Assembly: GCA_044450345.1 (NCBI GenBank)
Contig: JBIOIY010000036.1
Coordinates: 1-33,221 of the forward strand
DNA: 33,221 nt
Source: Thermodesulfovibrionales bacterium
GTDB taxonomy: Bacteria > Nitrospirota > Thermodesulfovibrionia > Thermodesulfovibrionales > UBA6898
Direction: 5' to 3'
The notes below the pieces were generated by a model. The model searched no databases and was not told where the DNA came from. It saw nothing but the letters and a program-made list of their open reading frames with translations. This document shows, piece by piece, positions 18,027-26,717 of the stretch. The translations under genes were made by a program, and so were the position numbers. The first letter of the stretch is position 1, and every line of letters begins with the position of its first letter.

Positions 18027-19979
18027 ATGCGATGTTTTACAGCTATATTTGAAATGATCAATAGACGGAACATTACATACTATCTTGCAGGCTCGGTTTC
18101 ATTCATCACCTTCGCGGTCTATCTCTACGCCCTTCAGAATGAATTCGTCAACTGGGATGACGATGTGTATGTCTTTGAGAATCCCTATATCCGTTCATTC
18201 GATCCGGCATTTTTCAGGTGGGCTTTTTCCACATTCTATGCCGCTAACTGGCATCCGCTCACCTAGATAGCACACGCCCTCGATTATGCCATTTGGGGAT
18301 TAAATCCCCTGGGGCATCATCTCACCAACAACATCCTCCACGCGGTCAATACCTTTGTGGTGGTATTGCTGGTGGCGAGGTTGTTGGAGGCTGTTCACGA
18401 TTCATCCGCTTCGGTCCGCACACAGGCGGATTCGCCGAGGAGAACGGATCCGCCCGGGGCAGGCGATTCACGTTTCACGCTGATTGCCGCTGCTGTCACC
18501 GGCCTTCTCTTCGGCCTCCATCCCCTTCACGTGGAATCGGTGGCATGGGTTTCGGAGCGGAAAGACCTTCTCTGCGCGTTGTTTTATCTGCTGAGCATTA
18601 TGGCGTATACGGGGTATGTAGGTAGGGGCGGCTCCCTGTGGCCGTCCAAAGAAGGGCAACCACGGGGGGTTGCCCCTACGCGGACATATATCCTTTCCCT
18701 CGTCTTTTTCACCCTCGCCCTGTTGAGCAAGCCGATGGCGGTTAGCCTTCCGATTGTCCTGTTGATTTTAGACTGGTATCCTTTTGACAGGATACGCTCC
18801 TACAGGACCTTCCGGACTGCACTTACCGGGAAATTGCCCTTCATCGCGCTGAGTATCATGTCATCGGCAGTCACGATACTAGCGCAAAAAGCGAGCGGCT
18901 CCATGCAGCTTATGGAAGTGCTTCCTCTGACAACGCGGACACTCGTGGCCGCCAGATCACTCATCGTATACCTTGGGAAGATGATCCTGCCTCTGCAATT
19001 GGTCCCCGGCTATCCATACCCACGGGACGTATCGCTTCTCTCTCCGGAATATCTTTTTGCGGTTCTTCTGATAATTGGAACTACGGGAATCTCTCTTGCC
19101 TTCATGAAAAGAGAGAGGTTGTGGGTATCGGTCTGGGGTTATTACGTGGTAACACTGATCCCGGTACTCGGCATTGTCCAGGTGGGAGGCCAGGCAATGG
19201 CAGACAGGTATACTTACCTGCCGAGTCTTGGTCCGTTCCTCGTGATCGGTTTGCTTGCCGCATGGATTTACGGGAATACGTTCACCCGGCGGGTTTTCAC
19301 TGTCGGGCTTTTCAGCGCCGCTGCGGCCGTTTTCTTGGTTGTTTCGATGATCTATTTGACGATCAACCAGATTGGTGCATGGAAAGACAGTATAGGGTTA
19401 TGGAGTTCTGTCATTGAAAAGGAACCCGCAAGAAGCTCTTTGGCATACTATCAGCGGGCCACCGCTTTTGGTAAAATGGGGCAGCTTGATAAAGCCCTCG
19501 AAGACTATAATAAGACGATTGCACTGGAGCCATATCACTATGAAGCGTATGTGAGCCGGGGGGAAGTCCTGCTCAGGAAGGGATACCTTGAGGAGGCAGC
19601 AAGGGACTTCGAGACAGCGGTTGCGATAGAGCCGTCTCATTATCAGGATTATAATAAGCTTGGTATTATTTACGGCACATCCGGGCAGCCGGTGAAGGCG
19701 ATAGAATCCTTTACTAAATCCATTGCGCTCAATCCAACGAATGCCGTCGGCTATCGCAACCGCGGATATACCTATGCACAATCCGGTCGATATGACGAGG
19801 CGCGTGAAGACCTTACCAGGGCGATTGCACTAGATCAGAATAGTGCAGAAAATTACCTGCTTCGCGGAAATGTTTTTCTCAGAAAGGGGGACAGAGGGCT
19901 TGCTGTTTCGGATTTTCAGAAAGCGTGCGCCTTAGGCAGTACAGAGGGATGCGAGGTCTTAAAGCTCCACGTAGGATGA
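18027..19979 (+). pseudogene. TMTC-like GT-C + 5 TPR, paralog 5, single in-frame amber codon (start 18027 or 18054)
   Basis: ORFs 17961..18266 and 18357..19979 share a frame. NWHPLT-TAG-IAHALDY corresponds to NWHPLTWISHALDY in paralog 6. Confidence 0.85.
18622..18679. repeat. GTAG-family REP doublet (REPIN-like), copy 1
   Basis: GTAGGGGCGGCTCCCTGTGGCCGTCC-AAAGAA-GGGCAACCACGGGGGGTTGCCCCTAC: two inverted 26-bp units, each GTAG plus an imperfect palindrome. Confidence 0.85.
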
Positions 19980-20018
19980 TGTCGGAAACAACGGTCGGGA
20001 ATATGTTATTTTAGTGTC

Positions 20019-22022
20019 ATGGCGAGGTCTTCCAGGAAAAAGAGAAAGGCCGCAGGCGAATCAGCCGCCCGCATAAGCGGCTCGGGACCGTCGCAAAGTC
20101 CTGTCGGTACGGGTTCGCTGCAAGAAGTCCCTGCTCATAAGACCCGGGGGACCTCTCTTCTTGCGGCATCCGCTTCCTTCATCACCTTTATCGTCTATTT
20201 GTCCTCTCTCCGGGATGAATTCATTTTCAGATGGGATGATGGGCTTTACATTCTTGATAATCCCTTTATCGGTTCATTCAACGCGACCCTATTCAAGCGG
20301 GCATTTTTCAATTTCTATGCGGCCAACTGGCACCCGCTTACGTGGATTTCCCACGCACTGGATTATGCGCTCTGGGGATTGAACCCTCTCGGGCATCACC
20401 TGACGAATAATATCCTCCATGCGGTCAATACCTTTTTGGTGGTAGTGCTGGTAGCAAGGTTATTGGATACCGCCAAGGCCCTGGAGGGAAGGTTTTCCGA
20501 CAAAGGAATCCTTATTGCTGCCGCAACAAGCGGCCTGCTCTTCGGTATCCATCCTCTGCATGTGGAATCAGTGGCTTGGGTTGCGGAAAGGAAGGACGTT
20601 CTCTGCGCGTTGTTTTATCTGCTGAGCATTATGGCGTATACGGGGTATGTAGGTAGGGGCGGCTCCCTGTGGCCGCCCAAAGAAGGGCAACCACGGGGGG
20701 TTGCCCCTACGCGGACATATATCCTTTCCCTTGGATTTTTCACTCTCGCCCTCTTAAGCAAGCCGATGGCGGTGAGCCTTCCAGTCGTTCTGTTGATATT
20801 AGACTGGTATCCTCTCAAAAGAATTCAGTCCATGAAATCATTTTGGTCAGAACTTATCGAAAAACTTCCTTTTCTTGCGTTGAGTCTTGTTTCGTCGGTA
20901 CTGACCATCCTGGCTCAGAAAGCAGGAGGGGCCATGGCGATGACTGAGTCCGTGCCGTTGTCCACACGGCTGCTTGTGGCCGTTCAATCACTCATCTCTT
21001 ACCTCTGGAAAATGCTGCTGCCCGTAAACCTGAGCCCTTATTATCCCTATCCAAAGGAAGTGTCGCTTCTATCGTGGGAATATCTTTCCGCAATCGTTCT
21101 TGGGCTCGGGATTACCGCGGCCTGCGTGGTCATCGCAAAAAAACAGAAGGTCTGGTTGTCTGCATGGGGTTATTATGTGATGACCCTGATTCCGGTGATC
21201 GGCATTGTCCAGGTGGGAGGCCAGGCAATGGCGGACAGGTATATGTATCTGCCATGCCTCGGACCGTTCCTTGTCATCGGGCTGGCCGTCGCCTGGATAT
21301 ACGAAAAAGGGCGCGCGGCAGAGAGGCAGTACCTCGCTCCGAAGTTCGCCGCGGCCGGCGCAGTCCTTTTCCTGTTCGTCCCCATGACATATCTGACCGT
21401 GAAACAAATAGATGTCTGGAAAAACGATATCACCCTATGGACATATGTCATTGAAAAGCAGCCTGCAGGCGTTCCTCAAGCCTATAATAACCTGGGGCTG
21501 ACTTTTATCGATATGGGGCTGGTTGACAGGGCGATGGAGGAATTTGACAAGGCGCTCGCCGTTGATCCGGGTTTTTATGAGGCCTATAACAACCGGGGCA
21601 GCTCTCTTGATAAAATGGGACAACCCGACAGGGGGATCGCTGACTTTGACAAGGCAATTGCCCTGAATCCGCGTTATGCTGCGGCCTACTATAACAGGGG
21701 GATCGCATATGGCAAGATCGGTCTGCTCGATAACTCGATAGAATCTTTCGACAAGGCACTTGAGATAGATTCGAACAATGCTGAAGCGTACGTCAGCCGG
21801 GGCATCTCCTATGCCCGCATCGGCCGGCATGACAAGGCTTTGGAGGACTTTAACAAGGCGATCCTCTTAAAGCCCACTTACGCTATGGCTTATTTTAATC
21901 GAGGAAATTTTCATTCTCTTGCAGGCAATAAAGAACTTGCCGTGTCGGATTTTCAGAAGGCGTGTGATTTTGGGGAAAAGCAGGGATGTGACGCGCTGCA
22001 GGCATTCCGCCTTCGGCAATGA
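20019..22022 (+). CDS. TMTC-like GT-C + 5 TPR, paralog 6
   Basis: FRWDD, NWHPLTW, GHHLTN, IHPLHVESVAWVAERKD, LSKPMAV, MADRYMYLP, then 5 TPRs. Confidence 0.93.
   Translation: MARSSRKKRKAAGESAARISGSGPSQSPVGTGSLQEVPAHKTRGTSLLAASASFITFIVYLSSLRDEFIFRWDDGLYILDNPFIGSFNATLFKRAFFNFYAANWHPLTWISHALDYALWGLNPLGHHLTNNILHAVNTFLVVVLVARLLDTAKALEGRFSDKGILIAAATSGLLFGIHPLHVESVAWVAERKDVLCALFYLLSIMAYTGYVGRGGSLWPPKEGQPRGVAPTRTYILSLGFFTLALLSKPMAVSLPVVLLILDWYPLKRIQSMKSFWSELIEKLPFLALSLVSSVLTILAQKAGGAMAMTESVPLSTRLLVAVQSLISYLWKMLLPVNLSPYYPYPKEVSLLSWEYLSAIVLGLGITAACVVIAKKQKVWLSAWGYYVMTLIPVIGIVQVGGQAMADRYMYLPCLGPFLVIGLAVAWIYEKGRAAERQYLAPKFAAAGAVLFLFVPMTYLTVKQIDVWKNDITLWTYVIEKQPAGVPQAYNNLGLTFIDMGLVDRAMEEFDKALAVDPGFYEAYNNRGSSLDKMGQPDRGIADFDKAIALNPRYAAAYYNRGIAYGKIGLLDNSIESFDKALEIDSNNAEAYVSRGISYARIGRHDKALEDFNKAILLKPTYAMAYFNRGNFHSLAGNKELAVSDFQKACDFGEKQGCDALQAFRLRQ
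20653..20710. repeat. GTAG-family REP doublet (REPIN-like), copy 2
   Basis: Same 58-bp element as 18622-18679 with one substitution. Confidence 0.85.
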
Positions 22023-22145
22023 ATCAGGCAAGATAAAAAAGCCCTGTCTCGGGCACTTCCGGCCTACCTCTCAGTGAAGAACCGCCCGGGGTGCTTCACT
22101 CACCCCGTAAACTGTCCGGGGGAGGAATACATACGGTATCACTTT

Positions 22146-23957
22146 TCATTTTATCTCCGGCAGCGTATCCGACTGCAGAATCTTCTTGCCGACCACTACG
22201 AGGGTGTGGTCCTTTGCGCATGCCACCCCCGGAAACACCTGGGTCTCGGACATGCGCATCGCAGACCAGGATTTCCCGTCTGTTGAGATATAGACCCGTC
22301 GATGGACTTTTAGCGACTGCTCCGGCGTATCAAGTACCCCTGTCGCTATATATCTGCCTTCGCAAAAGGCGACGCTCCTAAGATCGTTACCCGTGTTCGA
22401 CACAACGGCCTTCCAGTCTGTCCCGTCGTCGGAGGTGAGTATTGTGCCGCCGTCGCCGACCGCAACGTAGCCCGCGCTGCCATAGACTATTCCTCGCAGG
22501 TGGACCAATTTGTTCTCGATCTCCAACTCCCTGTTCGTCCAATCGGCCCCATCGGGAGAGGTGAGGATCATTCCCCCCTCACCGACTGTCACATACCCTC
22601 CTTTACCATAGGCGACCCCTCTGAGACTTCCCCGTGTTTTGGCCGTCCTTTCAGTCCAGGTCGCGCCGTCGGGAGAGGTCAGGACCACCCCGCCATAACC
22701 GACTGCGGTGTATCCTCCTTCGCCATAGGTCACGGCCATGAGATTTATGCCTTTTCCGGCTGTCTTTTCGGTCCAGGCCATGCCGTCGGGAGAGGTCAGG
22801 ACCACCCCGCCCGTGCCCACCAAAACATAACCTGCCTCACCGTAAACACCCGCGTACAGGTCCTTTTTGGTCATTGCCTGCTCTGCCTTCCAGACGCTCC
22901 CGTCGCCTGAGCTTAAGACAGTCCCCCTGTCACCGATCGCCATGAGGCGTTCACCCTCGCGAAACACGCCACGAAGCGCGAGGGACGATCCGGCAACAGC
23001 GGTCGACCAGCTGGAGCCGTCGGATGAAGTCAAAACAGTGTTGGCGCCTCCCACGGCTATAAGAGTGTTCTTCCCATGGGCAAGCGCATAGAGAGGAAAA
23101 GAAGTCCCCGAAGACCGGGACGACCACGTCACGCCGTCCTTGGAACTCACTATTGTTCCCTGATCGCCTGCCGCAATATAGCTGTCAGAGACATAGGTCA
23201 CGCCTTTGAGCCATACGGGAAGGCCTGTTTCGTGAGCCTCCCATTTCTTGCCATTTTCCGATGTCAGGACTGAACCGCGTCCCCCTACCGCGACGAATCC
23301 GGCCTTGCCGAAGGCTAGGCCCTTGACGCTGTATGAGACATCCGACACACTTTTTACCCACTCAGAAGCATCCGTGGATGAGACTATCGTTCCGTTGTCA
23401 CCGACTGCAAAGAAAGTCCCCTCAGCAAAAGTCATGTTCCGCAGACTCTCGGAAACACCCGAAGAGATTTTTGCCCATGTGATCCCGTCTGTTGATTTCA
23501 GAATAGTTCCCTTTTCGCCGGCTGCAACAAAAAAATCCTTCCCGTATGCAATGCCTTGAAGCGATCCGGCAGCGCCCGAAGATCTCGTCGTCCATGTAGC
23601 GCCGTCGGGTGAAGTGAGTATGGTGCCTTTGTCACCCACAACGACAAAGGCGTCCTTGCCAAAGGTGACTGCCCTCAGAGACTCCTTTGCGCCGCTCTGC
23701 GCCAATGTCCACTTGGAGCCGTCGGGAGAAGTCAGGATCGTGCCGCCTTCACCTACCGCGACAAAAACATCCTTGCCAAAGGTGCTCCCGAAGAATGTCA
23801 GGGGACTGCGCACATGCCAATCTTCGGAAGGCCCGGAAGTCTTCCTGGAGGGTTTCGTTGCGGAATGCATGGGCCCCTCTGCAGGGAACGCTGCAGCCAG
23901 GAAAGGGCAAAGAACTATCACACCGATCATCAATAAGGCAATTCTTAGTAACTTCAA
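22146..23957 (-). CDS. Secreted BNR/Asp-box-like repeat (beta-propeller) protein
   Basis: Signal peptide MKLLRIALLMIGVIVLCPFLAAA, then many ~39-aa repeats of L..V.YG...VAVG..G.ILTSPDG..W. An exact 30-bp DNA repeat sits at 22665 and 22782. Confidence 0.9.
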   Translation of the reverse strand: MKLLRIALLMIGVIVLCPFLAAAFPAEGPMHSATKPSRKTSGPSEDWHVRSPLTFFGSTFGKDVFVAVGEGGTILTSPDGSKWTLAQSGAKESLRAVTFGKDAFVVVGDKGTILTSPDGATWTTRSSGAAGSLQGIAYGKDFFVAAGEKGTILKSTDGITWAKISSGVSESLRNMTFAEGTFFAVGDNGTIVSSTDASEWVKSVSDVSYSVKGLAFGKAGFVAVGGRGSVLTSENGKKWEAHETGLPVWLKGVTYVSDSYIAAGDQGTIVSSKDGVTWSSRSSGTSFPLYALAHGKNTLIAVGGANTVLTSSDGSSWSTAVAGSSLALRGVFREGERLMAIGDRGTVLSSGDGSVWKAEQAMTKKDLYAGVYGEAGYVLVGTGGVVLTSPDGMAWTEKTAGKGINLMAVTYGEGGYTAVGYGGVVLTSPDGATWTERTAKTRGSLRGVAYGKGGYVTVGEGGMILTSPDGADWTNRELEIENKLVHLRGIVYGSAGYVAVGDGGTILTSDDGTDWKAVVSNTGNDLRSVAFCEGRYIATGVLDTPEQSLKVHRRVYISTDGKSWSAMRMSETQVFPGVACAKDHTLVVVGKKILQSDTLPEIK

Positions 23958-24268
23958 AGCGACTTCCTCCTTTTCAACAATAACTTGCCAATTAGAAATT
24001 GTAATTCTTTAGCCTCTCTTATTTCAAGAGTACCAACCACTTCATCGAGAGGCGGAATTGTCCTCCCTGTCCTTGCCCGGAATCGGATACAATTACAGGT
24101 CATGGCGTCATTGAGGGAAGAGGCTTTCAGGGCACCATGAGAAGGCGTAAAGGCAAATCCGCAGCCACGCGGGGTGAGAATATCAACGAAGATGTGATAA
24201 AATAAACGATTAATGGTTTACAATTTCCTGCGTCCGGTGTGACAGCTGAACATTTCGAGGAGGAGAAG

Positions 24269-24961
24269 ATGAAGAGAATAAACGTCCAATGGGGCATCGG
24301 TCTCGTGGTAGTTGCAATTGTCCTGAGCGGTCTTTCGTGCGCACACAGGAATTTAGAGAAGAAGGATACGGTGGTTACTCCGGTCGAACATGAAAAGATG
24401 ATCGAACAGTACCGTAAAGGCGTCGAGGAGTCGAAAAAGATCGTAGTTGCCAGGGTGAACGGAGTTGCGATCACGCTGAACGACCTCCTGGACAGGATGA
24501 ACCGGATAGCCCCAAGTTATCTTGCACACGGTCTGCCGCGTACCCCGGAAATAGATCAAAAGGTGAAGCAGGAGGCCCTCGACGTTCTTATTTTCAGGGA
24601 ACTGGCGGTCCAGGAAGCGGGCAGAGAGGGGATGAAAGTCGATCCTGAAGCGGTCGAGCTTGCTATTGAAACGTTTAAGGAGGACGTGGGTTCGGAAGAT
24701 GCGTACCGCGATTACCTTCGAAAGAGGGATATTACCGAAGAAACGCTAAAAAAGGAAGTCGAGAGAAATGGGCTCTTCGACATGATAGCCGCGAAAGAGA
24801 TCTTACAGAAGGTAAAGGCTGAGGAGGACAGGGAAGAGGCGGTCGATCGGAGGAAGGAGGAGTGGGAGGCGGAGTTGAAGAAGAACGCCACGATAGAGAT
24901 CACCCTCGACGCGGTGGAAAAGAAGATGTTAGAGGATGCGAGAAAGGGCAATAAAGAGTGA
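24269..24961 (+). CDS. SurA N-terminal-domain-like lipoprotein (chaperone-like, no PPIase domain)
   Basis: GAGGAGGAG upstream of the ATG; signal ending GLSC; VVARVNGVAITLNDL...ALDVLIFRELAVQEA...W..ELKKNATIEI. Confidence 0.82.
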   Translation: MKRINVQWGIGLVVVAIVLSGLSCAHRNLEKKDTVVTPVEHEKMIEQYRKGVEESKKIVVARVNGVAITLNDLLDRMNRIAPSYLAHGLPRTPEIDQKVKQEALDVLIFRELAVQEAGREGMKVDPEAVELAIETFKEDVGSEDAYRDYLRKRDITEETLKKEVERNGLFDMIAAKEILQKVKAEEDREEAVDRRKEEWEAELKKNATIEITLDAVEKKMLEDARKGNKE

Positions 24962-25119
24962 AAAGCCGGGGGAGGTCTTGGTTGAAAAAGAAGGCGAAGA
25001 GAGAGATACCCTTAGACGAAACGGAAAGGAAATTGAAGGAGGAGGCGGAAAGCGCGGGAAGGAGTATCAAGGGAGAGGACCCGGACGTAAATCGCCCTGT
25101 CATCCCGGAAAGAGCATGA
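24958..25119 (+). CDS. 53-aa small ORF or remnant resembling the SurA-like C-terminal tail
   Basis: GTG overlaps the upstream TGA and its own TGA overlaps the downstream ATG. LKKKAKREIPLDETERKLKEEAE resembles LKKNATIEITLDAVEKKMLEDAR. Confidence 0.45.
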   Translation: MKSRGRSWLKKKAKREIPLDETERKLKEEAESAGRSIKGEDPDVNRPVIPERA

Positions 25120-25856
25120 TCCTTAAGTCCCTCGCCAAAAACGTCAACCTGCTGAACATCACGCTGACCGTGCTGGCCGTCACATTCGCCTATCACACCG
25201 CTTTCTCTCTTCGCCACATGGACGCTAAATTCGTTTCTCCCGCTCCCCCAAAGCGGGTCGTGGGAGCTAGTAAGGCGGAACCTCCCCAGATCCAGATTCC
25301 CTCGCCCTCAGATTATACGATCATTGGAGAACAGAACCTCTTTCATCCTGAAAGGAAGATCCCCGTCGACAAACCTGCCGCAGTTCCTCTGCCAGTCCCT
25401 GAGTTTATACTTTTCGGCACGTTGATCACCGACGACGTGAGGATCGCATACATGGAAGACAAAAAGGCACCCGTGAGTTCACCCGGAAGGGGAAAAAGGC
25501 AGGTCCCCCTAAAGAAAGGGGAATCCCTGAGCGGGTTTTCCCTTCTTCAGATAGATGGCGACAGGGTGCTCATGGCGAGAGGCGATGAGAAGATATCTGT
25601 GCCGCTCAACGGTCCAAAGGTGAGAGAAGAAGCGGCAGTTGCCACGCCACAACCCCCGGCGGGCTCTCGGGCCACGCCTTTCCCCGCTCCTCAGACCCCT
25701 GCTTCTGCATCCGCTGGAGCTGCATCGCGGCCGCAGGCCATACAGTCAGCTGCGCCCGTTCAACAGCCGGCGGCGCCTGCGACACCACCCGGGACAAGGC
25801 CGCTGCTGCGTTATAGGAGACCCGCCAGTTCATACGTCAATACGCCCAGTGAGTAA
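25116..25856 (+). CDS. GspC/PilP-like type II secretion accessory protein with Pro/Ala-rich tail
   Basis: N-terminal TM, I.EQNLFHPER, FILFGTLI...AY, then LKKGESLSGFSLLQIDGDRVLM (HR-domain-like). Confidence 0.7.
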   Translation: MILKSLAKNVNLLNITLTVLAVTFAYHTAFSLRHMDAKFVSPAPPKRVVGASKAEPPQIQIPSPSDYTIIGEQNLFHPERKIPVDKPAAVPLPVPEFILFGTLITDDVRIAYMEDKKAPVSSPGRGKRQVPLKKGESLSGFSLLQIDGDRVLMARGDEKISVPLNGPKVREEAAVATPQPPAGSRATPFPAPQTPASASAGAASRPQAIQSAAPVQQPAAPATPPGTRPLLRYRRPASSYVNTPSE

Positions 25857-25862
25857 AGGGTA

Positions 25863-25871
25863 TGGTATAAT
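25863..25871 (+). promoter_or_regulatory. Extended -10 promoter element
   Basis: TG-G-TATAAT about 42 bp upstream of ATG 25913, which has GAGGGA as a ribosome-binding site. Confidence 0.55.
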
Positions 25872-25912
25872 TTCATCAATTATTTCTGAAGCTCAAAAAA
25901 GAGGGACAAAAA

Positions 25913-26686
25913 ATGAAGACACTCGCAAAAGCTCTCATTTCCATCATGATATTTGCCGCTGCAACGGCGACGGTTTCTTGCAGCAGGGACAAGGCATCAC
26001 CCAAAGGGGGTGCGGAACGGCCTCCCGAACAGTCAAAACTGGGTGAAGCGTACAAGAAGGGGGTTGTAGAGTCGAAAAAAAATACCGTCGCGACGGTGAA
26101 CGGTGTGGAGATATCGATGTACGCCCTCGTCAGTGAAATGAATACCATTGCGCCGGAGTACGTGAAACCCGGGCAAAAGAAGGACCCTCAGGTGGATGAG
26201 AAGGTGAGAAAGAATGCGCTTGACCGTCTGATCGTTCGTGAGCTGGCTGTTCAGGAGGCGCAAAGAACAGGGATGAAGCCGTCGCCCGAAAGGCTCGCCG
26301 AAGAACTGAAGAAGCTCAAGGCCGACCTGAAGTCGGAGCAGGCATACAAGGACAAACTGGCGCAGTCTGGAATTACCGAAGATGAGCTTAAGAAACAACT
26401 CGAAAGGAGCCTTCTTGTCGAGATGATCACGGAGGCTGAGATTTTCGGGAAGGCAAACTACGAACCAGGGCAGGTGAAGAAGACCTATGAGAAGAGAAAG
26501 TCATCCTACAAAGGGCCCTCGGGGAAACCGATGAGTTTTGAGGAGGCCCGTCCCCTCATAGAGCAGGAGCTCATGACGGCGGCAGTACACAAAAGAGAGG
26601 ATGCCTGGGTGGAAGAGTTGAAGAAGCGGGCCAGGATTCAGATCACGATGGGGGAATCAGCAAAGGGAATCCACAGCGTGCAGTGA
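25913..26686 (+). CDS. SurA N-terminal-domain-like lipoprotein, paralog of 24269..24961
   Basis: Signal ending TVSC; YKKGVVESKKNTVATVNGVEI...ALDRLIVRELAVQEA...SFEEARPLIEQEL...WVEELKKRARIQI. Confidence 0.85.
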   Translation: MKTLAKALISIMIFAAATATVSCSRDKASPKGGAERPPEQSKLGEAYKKGVVESKKNTVATVNGVEISMYALVSEMNTIAPEYVKPGQKKDPQVDEKVRKNALDRLIVRELAVQEAQRTGMKPSPERLAEELKKLKADLKSEQAYKDKLAQSGITEDELKKQLERSLLVEMITEAEIFGKANYEPGQVKKTYEKRKSSYKGPSGKPMSFEEARPLIEQELMTAAVHKREDAWVEELKKRARIQITMGESAKGIHSVQ

Positions 26687-26717
26687 AAGGGACATTGCGC
26701 AGGAGCATGGTCTCTTA

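Noticed and set aside
12504..18266. Genome-wide TAG recoding as the explanation for the in-frame ambers
   Set aside because: TAG is the normal stop of the kinase (5374), both GT2 genes (7481, 17101) and paralog 3 (16361), and paralog 2 also has a frameshift that recoding would not fix.
22073..22100. Hairpin AGTGAAG...CTTCACT between convergent genes as a terminator
   Set aside because: Imperfect stem with no U-tract on either strand; insufficient support.
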